32,000 bases of DNA, taken from assembly GCA_003056265.1 (NCBI GenBank), contig NBVN01000004.1:1-32000 (forward strand), in the 5' to 3' direction. Positions within the stretch are counted from its first letter, which is position 1, and every line of letters begins with the position of its first letter. The DNA comes from Zestosphaera tikiterensis (GTDB lineage Archaea; Thermoproteota; Thermoprotei_A; Sulfolobales; NBVN01). The translations under genes and the position numbers were made by a program. The notes below the pieces were generated by a model. That model made no database searches. It was not told the DNA's origin and worked only from the letters and a program-made list of their open reading frames with translations. This document shows positions 8,574-17,131 of the stretch, piece after piece.

Positions 8574-9679
8574 TGAAAGATGATCTGCTATATACAGTAA
8601 AACTGTCATTTAATGCTGATGGAGATACTGCTAAGAGTATTCTATCCACAGCATGGCTGTTCAAAGTTGCTTGTCACAGGATTCTCAGCATGTCTAAAAA
8701 CGTTGAGAACGTCCTCGTTCCATCAAAGATTGCTTGGGTAAAGATGTTTAAGGATTATGCCTACAGTGTTATTCCCAATAAGAGGTATTCCTATGGAGCT
8801 GTCTATATTGTCTACGGAATATGGGAGTCGGCTAGAGAGCTAGGAATAAACTATGGCGATGTTGAGCTTAGTGATTGGCTAATGTTTCAGCACTATGAGA
8901 GGGAGGTAGATGGAAATGTGGTGAGGGTCTTCGGAGATGGATCAGCGTTAGCCACAGTGTATAGCTTTGATGGATCGAAGGATAGAGTCTTAATTAGAGC
9001 TAAGCCAAACAAAGGGCAGTATGAGCTTTTGAAAAAGATCATTGAATCTAGGGAGAAGTACATGCCGAGGGTTGTGGTTAGAGACTATGGTGTTAGAGGT
9101 GGAGAGCTCTATGTTAGTGGTGAGGTACATGTTTCTATATCCTACGACTTCTATCTTAGATATGCGAAGAGGTATGGGGAGCCCAGAGGCAGTCTGGTTA
9201 GTGGTGTAGATGTCAATACTGATAGAATCAATTTAGCGATAATCGATGAAGATGGTATGCTGAGGGATAGAAAGACATTTTGGTTCTCTGAGGCAACCGC
9301 TAGAGGGTATCCTAGGAGTGTAGCTTGGAGCATTATAGGTATGAAGATTCATGAAATGCTAAAATATGCTTACCACCATGGAGTATCGACATTAGCAGTA
9401 GAGAATCCAGAGATCTTAGGCAGGCTGAAGCTGTTCTGGGTTAGGAGCGGTGAGAGGAAGAGCGAGAACTACAACTGGAGAGTAGCAGTATTCAGGAGCA
9501 GAATCGCAGAGATGATAGCTCTGAAAGCACCGCTATACTCGATAGAAGTAAAATATGTAGATCCTAAAGGAACTACAAACTCTGAAGAGCATGATGAAGT
9601 TATGAAGAGATACGGATTGGATAGGCACACAGCATCAGCATACATAATAGCTAGAAGACTGCTCACAACAAGTAATTAA
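8573..9679 (+). CDS. TnpB-like (IS605 OrfB-like) RuvC-fold nuclease lacking the zinc-finger/TNB insert
   Basis: 368 aa. N-terminal YTVKLSF...AWLFKVACHRIL resembles the TnpB WED/helix start. RuvC-like motifs are GVD213VN, AVE277NP and GLD350RHTASAYIIARR. VDPKGTTNS stands in for the usual vdP.yTSq. Only 13 residues and no Cys lie between that motif and D350. Confidence 0.65.
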   Translation: MKDDLLYTVKLSFNADGDTAKSILSTAWLFKVACHRILSMSKNVENVLVPSKIAWVKMFKDYAYSVIPNKRYSYGAVYIVYGIWESARELGINYGDVELSDWLMFQHYEREVDGNVVRVFGDGSALATVYSFDGSKDRVLIRAKPNKGQYELLKKIIESREKYMPRVVVRDYGVRGGELYVSGEVHVSISYDFYLRYAKRYGEPRGSLVSGVDVNTDRINLAIIDEDGMLRDRKTFWFSEATARGYPRSVAWSIIGMKIHEMLKYAYHHGVSTLAVENPEILGRLKLFWVRSGERKSENYNWRVAVFRSRIAEMIALKAPLYSIEVKYVDPKGTTNSEEHDEVMKRYGLDRHTASAYIIARRLLTTSN

Positions 9680-9743
9680 GACTTATTCACAATATCTTAG
9701 GGTTTCAATACCTTAGAAACAGCCTAAATACATAGCTGATGGG

Positions 9744-10991
9744 TTGGTAGGTCAAGTAGAGGCTAGGAAAGCCGCTGGCGTCGTAGTTGATTTGATAAAG
9801 CAAGGTAAGATGGCTGGAAAAGGCATATTATTCGTAGGTCCTCCCGGAACCGGTAAGACAGCCCTAGCTGTTGCTATAGCTCGTGAATTAGGTGAGGACA
9901 CGCCGTTTGTAGCTATAGACGCTGCTGAAATATACTCAAGCGAGGTTAAAAAGACTGAAGTGCTTATGAGGGCTGTACGTAAAGCCATGGGTATAAAGAT
10001 AAGAGAGGTTAGGAAGGTTTACGAAGGCGTTGTTAAGAACCTTAAGCTAGGGTTTGTTAAACACCCGTTTAACCCATACGTTAGAGTCCCCAGTGAGGCT
10101 AAGATAACGTTAGAAACGAAAGATGACTCCATAACTTTAAGTGTGGGTGAGGAGATAACGCAACAACTGGTTCAAATGAGGATTAAGAAAGGCGATCATA
10201 TATGGATAGATGCCGAGACCGGAGTAGTGCATAAGGTAGGACGTGTTAAAGGAGTTGCTGAAGCTAAGTATTACGACGTAGATACGTGGAAAGTTGAGGA
10301 GGAGATGCCTTCAGGACCTGTGAAAAGAGAGAAGGAAATCGTTAGGGTTTTCTCGTTTAACGACCTCGACGTATATTTCGCAAGTCAAAGACTTTCGATA
10401 ACGGGACTCTTCGGTATTGAATTCGAGAAGGAGATAGATGAGGAGGTCCGTAAATCTGTAAACTCAACAATAAAGAAGTGGTTGGAGGAAGGTAAAGGTG
10501 AGATAGTTCCTGGTGTGTTATTTATAGATGACGCACATTTACTAGATTTAGAGGCTTTCTCCTTCTTAACGAAGGTCTTAGAGTCTGAATTCTCGCCTAT
10601 TCTGGTTTTAGCCACGAATAGAGGGATAGCTAAGATAAGAGGTACCGATATAGAAGCACCTCATGGTATGCCATTAGACCTACTCGATAGGTTATTGATA
10701 ATTCCCGTCCGGCCTTACAACAGAGAGGAAATTAAAAACATAATAATGATTAGAGCTGAGGAAGAGGAGGTAAAGCTTTCACCTAAAGCTCTTGAGAAAT
10801 TAGCTGATATAGGAGCTCAACACAGCTTAAGATATGCGGTGCAGTTATTAAGACCTGCTTACGTAATAGCTGAGAGGAAGGGAAGGCAAGAAATCTTAGA
10901 GGAAGACGTTGATGAAGCATCGAAACTCTTCATAGACACTAAACAAAGCATTGAAATAATAAAGAAGTTCGAAGGACTTTTTATTAAGTAG
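9744..10991 (+). CDS. TIP49/RuvB-like AAA+ ATPase (TBP-interacting protein), body of the interrupted gene
   Basis: [48 protein letters not shown] (Walker A), [11 protein letters not shown] (Walker B), then the OB-like insertion and C-terminal lid typical of TIP49. In-frame homology extends upstream to 9717 ([10 protein letters not shown]), directly after a TAG stop. Confidence 0.85.
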   Translation: MVGQVEARKAAGVVVDLIKQGKMAGKGILFVGPPGTGKTALAVAIARELGEDTPFVAIDAAEIYSSEVKKTEVLMRAVRKAMGIKIREVRKVYEGVVKNLKLGFVKHPFNPYVRVPSEAKITLETKDDSITLSVGEEITQQLVQMRIKKGDHIWIDAETGVVHKVGRVKGVAEAKYYDVDTWKVEEEMPSGPVKREKEIVRVFSFNDLDVYFASQRLSITGLFGIEFEKEIDEEVRKSVNSTIKKWLEEGKGEIVPGVLFIDDAHLLDLEAFSFLTKVLESEFSPILVLATNRGIAKIRGTDIEAPHGMPLDLLDRLLIIPVRPYNREEIKNIIMIRAEEEEVKLSPKALEKLADIGAQHSLRYAVQLLRPAYVIAERKGRQEILEEDVDEASKLFIDTKQSIEIIKKFEGLFIK

Positions 10992-11051
10992 TTATATATA
11001 CGCTTCAGTCGTGATTAGCCTGAATGACGCGTTTTCAACTTTCAATAAACT

Positions 11052-11381
11052 TTAGGTTGAAGAGTTTACGCTGTTCTCATCCTCGCCAAACAACGTTAGA
11101 ATTAATGGGTTGTCTATTTCTACATCCTCACCTCTGCTGTCGTTAGACTCGCTAATAAGCAACGTGACCACTAGGTAATTACCTATCTTAGACGCTTTAA
11201 CTTTCTTAATCTTCATCCTAGTGTATGAGTCGGCGTCAACATAAGAGTTATGTGTTGAAGAGGTATTTCTATTAACGTTAGACAGCTTAAGCCTCAACTT
11301 AGCTGCGAAGTAACGATCATATCCGGTGATGGTTATGAGGACTAAAGCAACCGTGGCAAGCAACATAAACACTTCAAGCAT
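11052..11381 (-). CDS. small membrane-anchored hypothetical protein
   Basis: 109 aa with an N-terminal hydrophobic helix (FMLLATVALVLITITG) and no other motif. Confidence 0.4.
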   Translation of the reverse strand: MLEVFMLLATVALVLITITGYDRYFAAKLRLKLSNVNRNTSSTHNSYVDADSYTRMKIKKVKASKIGNYLVVTLLISESNDSRGEDVEIDNPLILTLFGEDENSVNSST

Positions 11382-11612
11382 CCTAACCCTTAAGAAATCT
11401 CCGTGCTTAACCAGCTTAAAAGGAGTGGGTCTTTAGAAACTCGTTGAAGTTGTTAAAGTTCTACAAACGGTTTAAAGCGTTAAACATGGGTGGTGGGTCT
11501 TACGTAGGTAGGAGCATGGCTTTAGGCAGGTCTTAAAGAGCTTAAGCTTTAATCACACGCTTTACTTAAGGCATAGGTAATTAAAATTTAGAGGACAGGA
11601 ATAGATATGTAG

Positions 11613-12683
11613 GTGGGGTGCTTGAGTAAAGCTAGGGTTTGGTTGGATTCACTGACTTCAAAGCAAAGTACTTTATTAGGGTATATAGCGTTAGAGCTTT
11701 TAAGAAGAGGTTATGAAGTACTAACGACTTGTAGAGATTATGAGTTTACTGTAGGTGCTTTAAAGCGATTAGGGCTTGCACCTTACGTATTAGGTAGGTA
11801 CGTTATAGGAACGCCCTACGATAAGGTTTTAGGGGATGCCGATAGGATATTCGCCTTAACGACTGTCGTCGAGAAATTCAAACCTCAAGTTTTAATTGCC
11901 TATCCTAACCCGCCGGCAGCTAGGTTAGCGTTTGGAGTTGGCATTAAATATGTAGCACTTACAGACTCGCCGCATGCTGTAATACCAAGTAGGTTAGCTT
12001 TACCGTTAGCTGACGTTGTTATAGTTTCCTCATGTATACCTGAGGAGGATATTAGAAAGTATTTATATCCGGAGGCAAAGCTCGTTTTTTACGAAGGTGT
12101 GGATGAATTAACGTGGATTTTAAGGGCTAAACCCAACTTAGAGTACGTTAAATCGTTAAACGTCGATCCCGGTAATTACGTCGTTTTAAGACCGCATGAA
12201 CATCACGCAACGTACTATAGAGGCGTTGAATCCTCAGTAGACGTAATTGAGTTGTGCAGGAAGTTAAGTAAGGAAGGTTACGACATTATCTATATACCTA
12301 GGTATCCTGAACATATAGAGTTGGCTTTAAAGTTAAGGAAATCCGGTATTAACATCAAATTAATTGAAGGAATGTATGACGGCGTTAGTTTAGCTTTTTA
12401 CGCTAAAGCCGTAATCACAGGCGGTGCTTCCTTAGCTCGTGAAGCAGCTTTATTAAACACTTTAGGAATTACTTACTATCCTAAAGACCTCCACGTAGAT
12501 CAATGCATTAATAGGAAGGGCTACCCACTTAAGAGAATTACAGATACGGACGGGATAGTTGATACGGTTTTAAAGACGGCATATGTACATAAAGATTACG
12601 AATCATTAATTAACAGGCTTAAGACAGATTTTAACGATCCTCTAGAGGTAGTGATAAAAACGCTTGATGAGGTAGTGGGTTAG
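11613..12683 (+). CDS. DUF354-family protein (glycosyltransferase/epimerase-like fold)
   Basis: ARVWLDSLTSKQ...LELLRRGYEVLTTCRDYEFT...KFKPQVLIAYPNPPAARLAFGVGIKYVALTDSPHA matches the conserved archaeal DUF354 layout as I recall it. The true start may be internal. Confidence 0.55.
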   Translation: MGCLSKARVWLDSLTSKQSTLLGYIALELLRRGYEVLTTCRDYEFTVGALKRLGLAPYVLGRYVIGTPYDKVLGDADRIFALTTVVEKFKPQVLIAYPNPPAARLAFGVGIKYVALTDSPHAVIPSRLALPLADVVIVSSCIPEEDIRKYLYPEAKLVFYEGVDELTWILRAKPNLEYVKSLNVDPGNYVVLRPHEHHATYYRGVESSVDVIELCRKLSKEGYDIIYIPRYPEHIELALKLRKSGINIKLIEGMYDGVSLAFYAKAVITGGASLAREAALLNTLGITYYPKDLHVDQCINRKGYPLKRITDTDGIVDTVLKTAYVHKDYESLINRLKTDFNDPLEVVIKTLDEVVG

Positions 12684-13522
12684 TGCTCATATCATTTAAC
12701 GTATGGCTTAAAGACTTAAGCGGATTTAAAGCTCTTTCTAAGGAAATAAGCAAAGCAGGGTTTAACGGTGTAGAATTAAGTTTGGATTACCCCTTATGCT
12801 TTGAGGAGGACATACCTAGATACGTTATTGACGCTTTAAACGTTGAAGGACTTACTCTAGGGATTCACCTACCTTGGCGTGACATAGCGCTTGCTTCACC
12901 TATAGAGTACGTTAGGGAAGCTTCACTTAAAGCTGTAAGTCAATGCTTAAACAAAATCCGTGGTTTGAAAACTGAGTATGTCTTAACTCATATGACAACA
13001 GATCAAGTGGAATGTGGTTATAAAGACTTAAAATGCATTGAGTCCGGTCGTAAATCTCTAGAGTTCTTAATCGAGGAGGTTAAAGAATTAGGCACGAAGT
13101 TATTAGTTGAAACAACACGTAGTAGATGTTGCTCTAGAGACGATCAACTATCTACATTGCTTAAAGACTTGAAGGATGTGGGGGTATGTCTTGACATACC
13201 GCATTTGATAGAACAGAGGTATAGAAGGTTTAAATCCCTCCCAACCATTAACAACCTCTTTAAGGAGTTACCACCGGATGTTTTAGAGAGAACTTCGTTA
13301 ATACATTTTCACGGGTATTCATTAACTAATGAAGGATTCGTAAGTCATATAAAGCCTAAAGAAGATCAAGTGGGTGAGTTATTAGACGCTATCATATCTT
13401 TAAGTAATCGAAGAGACTTTATAGGGGTGGTGTTGGAGGTATTTAAAGACGAAACATCTAAGTCTATAGAACCTAAAGACCTTAAATACGTAGTTAAGAG
13501 GTTGAAATTCGATGATACTTAA
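12683..13522 (+). CDS. xylose-isomerase-like TIM-barrel protein (sugar phosphate isomerase/epimerase or AP endonuclease 2 superfamily)
   Basis: GFNGVELSLDYP, GIHLPW, LLVETT, and HFHG pattern. The GTG start overlaps the upstream TAG by 1 nt. Confidence 0.5.
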   Translation: MLISFNVWLKDLSGFKALSKEISKAGFNGVELSLDYPLCFEEDIPRYVIDALNVEGLTLGIHLPWRDIALASPIEYVREASLKAVSQCLNKIRGLKTEYVLTHMTTDQVECGYKDLKCIESGRKSLEFLIEEVKELGTKLLVETTRSRCCSRDDQLSTLLKDLKDVGVCLDIPHLIEQRYRRFKSLPTINNLFKELPPDVLERTSLIHFHGYSLTNEGFVSHIKPKEDQVGELLDAIISLSNRRDFIGVVLEVFKDETSKSIEPKDLKYVVKRLKFDDT

Positions 13523-14198
13523 AGAAGTGAACTACTTGTTAGGGATAGACGAAGCCGGCAGAGGTCCGGTAATAGGCGATATGTTTTTAGTTTGTGTAGC
13601 CCTTACAGAGCAAAACGAAGGTAGGCTTAAAGACATAGGCGTTAAAGACAGTAAGAAACTAACGCCGTCAGCTAGAGCTAGGTTATTTCCTAAGATAATT
13701 GAAGTAGTTGATGCTGTAGTTGTTAAGAGATACCCACCCCACGTTATAGACGCGCATAATCTAAATGATTTATTCGTTGAAGGCGTTAATGAGTTAGTTA
13801 GAGAATCTTTTAAGTTAGGTTTAAAGGTACGGAGGATCTACATAGATGCTTTATCCTCACGAAAGCATAAGACAAACCTACTTAGCAAATTACCTGAAGG
13901 GGTGGAAGTTATATATGAGTTTAAAGCTGACGTTAAATACCCTATAGTTAGTGCTGCTTCAATAATAGCTAAGTACCTTAGAGATCAACATATCAGATAT
14001 CTACATAGCATCTACGGCGATTTCGGAAGCGGTTATCCTTCAGACCCTAAAACCGTTGAGTGGCTTAAAAACGTCGCTCAAACTAAGTTTTTAGATTCTC
14101 GAGCCGAGATAGTTAGGAAGTCGTGGTTGACCATCCGCAGATTAGTTAGGAAAGACGGAAGTGAAAGTTCAAACCTTCTTAAATGGTTTAAAAAGTAA
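13512..14198 (+). CDS. rnhB: ribonuclease HII
   Basis: LGIDEAGRGPVIGDMF catalytic motif, IYIDA, and SAASIIAKYLRD. 228 aa. Overlaps the upstream gene by 11 nt. Confidence 0.9.
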   Translation: MILKEVNYLLGIDEAGRGPVIGDMFLVCVALTEQNEGRLKDIGVKDSKKLTPSARARLFPKIIEVVDAVVVKRYPPHVIDAHNLNDLFVEGVNELVRESFKLGLKVRRIYIDALSSRKHKTNLLSKLPEGVEVIYEFKADVKYPIVSAASIIAKYLRDQHIRYLHSIYGDFGSGYPSDPKTVEWLKNVAQTKFLDSRAEIVRKSWLTIRRLVRKDGSESSNLLKWFKK

Positions 14199-14576
14199 GA
14201 GTTCTTTTGATAGATTGATAAACGATTCTTTACGTACTTTAGCATCTCCTAATAAAGACACACCTTCCAACGCGAGTAATTTGCTCTTAAAGTTTCTTCT
14301 GTTTTCCCCGTTTAGCGTATATCCTCCTAAATCGCCATTACTTCTTACGACTCTATGACATGGTATCGCTATGGGTTCCATATTACGACTTAATATCTTA
14401 GCCACGGCTCTTGGGTGTATATGAAGTACTCTACTTAGATCACTATACGTCGTAACCTTACCTGTAGGTATTATCTGAAGTAACGCGTATAAAGCCTCAG
14501 AAACACATTTCTTAATAATTTCCTCACCTGTTAAAAGCTTTAAATTGCCTTCAGCGTCTAATTCAAAGCAAAGCAT
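14169..14576 (-). CDS. ogt: methylated-DNA--protein-cysteine methyltransferase
   Basis: IPCHRVV active-site motif preceded by the HTH (GKVTTYSDLSRVLHIHPRAVAKIL). Confidence 0.85.
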   Translation of the reverse strand: MLCFELDAEGNLKLLTGEEIIKKCVSEALYALLQIIPTGKVTTYSDLSRVLHIHPRAVAKILSRNMEPIAIPCHRVVRSNGDLGGYTLNGENRRNFKSKLLALEGVSLLGDAKVRKESFINLSKELLLFKPFKKV

Positions 14577-14593
14577 TGTGTTTAAAAACCTTA

Positions 14594-14815
14594 TTACTTT
14601 TGTTGTGTAGCGAGGGCTTTCGAAGATATTATGGTTATCTTACCGGCTTCCTCGTCCCTCTCAATTATAAAGTCCGTACCCCACTTCTCAACCATGCTCT
14701 TAGGCAGGTATAGATTTAAAGGTAATGTGTAGTACTCGTACTGATATACTTTACCTTTAACGGATTTTTTACCTATGACCTTCCTAGCTGAGGCAGTTCT
14801 CCTTCTTACAGCCAT
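14594..14815 (-). CDS. small basic protein, possibly AbrB/SpoVT-like DNA binding
   Basis: 73 aa with a Lys/Arg-rich N-terminus, then YYTLPLNLYLPKSMVEKWG...KITII, a beta-rich pattern. Assignment is tentative. Confidence 0.4.
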   Translation of the reverse strand: MAVRRRTASARKVIGKKSVKGKVYQYEYYTLPLNLYLPKSMVEKWGTDFIIERDEEAGKITIISSKALATQQK

Positions 14816-14901
14816 TTTTTCTCCCTATAAAATGTTTGAAGCATCCCTTATAAGGTTTCAATACTGAAGTCTCCACCAATAAAGTAGATAGAACATGTCC
14901 G

Positions 14902-15438
14902 CTATAGAGGTGTTTTCTTAATCTTAAGCAAGTAAGCTACGTAGTTTGTCAGCGGATGTAACACCAGAGCTATTAATACACCAATAAGTAAGTCATACGT
15001 CGTTAACGTATAGCCGATTATAGAGTCCGCTGAGGAAATCTTTACAAGTGCGTAAGCACAGAGTAAAAATGATGTTTGATCTAAAGGTATGAAAGGCTTC
15101 CCTGGTTTTATGTTTAATCTCCTTTTCAAGAAAGAATTAAAGACGTCGCCTATCATAGCACCTAAACCTGAGACAAGACCGTAATATGCCCAAGAAACGT
15201 TGTTAAAGTATAAAGCGTAAGCCACACCCACCGCGAAACCCGCTAAAACACCAGATAAAAACCCCTCTATAGATTTGTTATCGCCTAAAACACGCTTACC
15301 GTCTATGAAGGTCTTCCCTAAGTCTAACGGCCTAGCGTTTTTGAAAATAAACCTTCGGGTTATAAGTGGTGTGGCATTAGCTATCATAGCGTGTGCGAAG
15401 AACCCTATAGCTCGAACGACATCGGCAACCACGTTCAC
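14902..15438 (-). CDS. carS: CDP-archaeol synthase (CDP-2,3-bis-O-geranylgeranyl-sn-glycerol synthase)
   Basis: 178-aa polytopic membrane protein with GDNKSIEGFLSGV and GDVFNSFLKRRL..KPG...PLDQ, the DUF46/CarS signature. Confidence 0.75.
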   Translation of the reverse strand: MNVVADVVRAIGFFAHAMIANATPLITRRFIFKNARPLDLGKTFIDGKRVLGDNKSIEGFLSGVLAGFAVGVAYALYFNNVSWAYYGLVSGLGAMIGDVFNSFLKRRLNIKPGKPFIPLDQTSFLLCAYALVKISSADSIIGYTLTTYDLLIGVLIALVLHPLTNYVAYLLKIKKTPL

Positions 15439-15552
15439 GCATTAATCCCTTCATCAATATTAAACCGTCCCGTCTTTTAAGTATGTGATTTTAAAAGGTT
15501 TTTAAAGTAGATTCTAAAAGGGATAAGCAGGTTCGGAAAGCAAATCACCGTA

Positions 15553-16170
15553 ATGATATGTGATCCCAGGCTAATGCGTAAGTTTGTTAAGATAGCTAAG
15601 ACTATCGGGCTAAGCTACGAAGTACCTACAGACCTAGACTTAAGTCTTAAGCACGTGAGTAACCTCGTAATAATCGACGAAGAGTGTAGAGCCTACATAT
15701 CTTTACGGAAAGTTCTGGAGGAGCTTAAGGCGGAGGTCTTCGTAGTTAATGAAGGCAACATAGCTTCTCAAACATTAAAAATTTTAGGTAAAGATCGCGT
15801 GGAGGTGTTAACTTTAGGTATTGACTTAGGTAGTCGTTTAGCCTATGCTATATTCGCCGACGATATGTTAATTGACGTGGGATTTACTGAAAGCCCTAAG
15901 GAACTCATGATTAGGTTAGACGAAATCACCAGCGATTTAAAGCCTTTGAAGACCGTAGTTAAGGTCGGTGTTACTGAAAGTCGAGGATTAGAATTCGTTA
16001 ACGATTTACTTAAGTTCATGTCTATGAAGGACCTACAGGTTTTCTTGGTTGATGAATCAAACACAAGCAGAGAGACTACGTCATACTACATTAAAGCTTA
16101 CGACGTGAGAGATAAGGATTTACGGGCAGCTATAAATATAGCTCTTAAAGAAGGGTTTCGACTCACATAG
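15553..16170 (+). CDS. hypothetical protein with C-terminal RuvX/YqgF-like RNase H-fold domain
   Basis: LTLGIDLGSRLAYAIF, VDESNTSRE, and DKDLRAAINIALK follow the D/E/D layout of YqgF/RuvC-type nucleases. The N-terminal ~85 aa are uncharacterised. Confidence 0.4.
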   Translation: MICDPRLMRKFVKIAKTIGLSYEVPTDLDLSLKHVSNLVIIDEECRAYISLRKVLEELKAEVFVVNEGNIASQTLKILGKDRVEVLTLGIDLGSRLAYAIFADDMLIDVGFTESPKELMIRLDEITSDLKPLKTVVKVGVTESRGLEFVNDLLKFMSMKDLQVFLVDESNTSRETTSYYIKAYDVRDKDLRAAINIALKEGFRLT

Positions 16171-16240
16171 GTGTTTATAAGCCTGTGTAGGGCTTAAGGT
16201 TCGTCAAACACTACCGCACTCAAGCTAGGCGTTAAAATAC

Positions 16241-17044
16241 CTACCTAGCAACTAGATTCATAAAAATTTCATAGATATCGTTAGGGCTTAACTCGAAAAC
16301 CCTTAAGTCTTTAAGTTTATCTTTAACGAGGTTTAAACCTTCTAGACTTAGGTTTAGATCCTCAACACATTTACCCAATACTTTAGCTGCTTTTCTCTTT
16401 CTTTGATTAAATAAGCACTTAATGAGTTCTTCTAGAATACTTTCTTCAGAGCTCCAACTCCTAACCCTCTCTAAAACAAGTAAGGCTGACCAAACCTTAG
16501 GTCGTGGGTAAAAACTGTCTGGGCTGAATATAGAGAGTATCTTAGGTTTCATGTAGATGTTCGTGAAAGCCGTTATTCTACCGTAGTTAGAGCTTCCAGC
16601 ACTACTTACCAACCTATCGGCAACTTCCTTCTGCAGGGTTAAGATACCGTAGCGTACGTTAGACTTAACTATAGAGGCAATTAAAGGACCTGTTATTGAG
16701 TAGGGTGTGTTTGAAATTATAGCGTCAACCTTTAACGCGCATGACTTAAGTAGGTGGAGGCCATCACCTAAAATAACTGATACGTTGCTATGGTCTTCAA
16801 CTATCGTTGTTAAGTATTTAGCTAGCCTAACATCTATTTCAACAGCTATGAGGTGATTAACAACCGGCGTTAAAAACTTAGTTAAGAGTCCCGCACCAGC
16901 ACCTAATTCCATAGCATTCCTTACGTTAAGCTCCTTTGCAGCCTTTAAGAAAGCCATACCCAACTTGCAATCAACCATGGCGTGTTGACTATAGCGCTTG
17001 ATGAAATATGAACTTTTAATTAACCTGCTAACGGCTTCCTTCAA
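16241..17044 (-). CDS. rsmA: 16S rRNA (adenine-N6,N6)-dimethyltransferase (KsgA/Dim1)
   Basis: YSQHAMVD, ELGAGAGLLT (SAM loop), VEIDVRL, and ISNTPYSITGP (NLPY-type motif). Confidence 0.85.
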   Translation of the reverse strand: MKEAVSRLIKSSYFIKRYSQHAMVDCKLGMAFLKAAKELNVRNAMELGAGAGLLTKFLTPVVNHLIAVEIDVRLAKYLTTIVEDHSNVSVILGDGLHLLKSCALKVDAIISNTPYSITGPLIASIVKSNVRYGILTLQKEVADRLVSSAGSSNYGRITAFTNIYMKPKILSIFSPDSFYPRPKVWSALLVLERVRSWSSEESILEELIKCLFNQRKRKAAKVLGKCVEDLNLSLEGLNLVKDKLKDLRVFELSPNDIYEIFMNLVAR

Positions 17045-17131
17045 CCAATCACATAAATATTCATATGTGTTATTAAGCAGCTTCCTCCCCAGCTAAATTT
17101 ATTTCGGCTAAGGTATTTTTATTGGATTGAA

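Larger units (their letters stand above)
8368..9716 (+). mobile_element. IS200/IS605-like (tnpB-only) insertion inside the TIP49 gene; borders uncertain by a few nt
   Basis: TIP49 homology ends near 8367 and resumes in another frame at 9717 ([13 protein letters not shown]). The interval holds one TnpB-like ORF. I found no terminal inverted repeats and no in-frame target duplication, as expected for this family. Confidence 0.65.

Noticed and set aside
8358-9717. The TAGA tetranucleotide at both borders (8358-8361 and 9714-9717) might be a target-site duplication.
   Set aside because: Removing one copy and the intervening DNA joins codon AGA (8359-8361) to 9718, which puts the downstream TIP49 sequence out of frame (..NSLNT stop). 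A 4-mer match is also expected by chance.
8350-9745. The insertion in TIP49 might be an archaeal bulge-helix-bulge (BHB) pre-mRNA intron spliced by the tRNA endonuclease.
   Set aside because: I tried to pair the 5' junction (GATAGAGGAGAG/CGTTCCCC) with the 3' junction (CCTTAG/AAACAGCCTAAATAC). I found no 4-bp central helix flanked by 3-nt bulges and no outer helix; the best match is an isolated 6-bp GGTATT/AATACC. A DNA-level IS200/605-type insertion explains the data better. RT-PCR would still be decisive.
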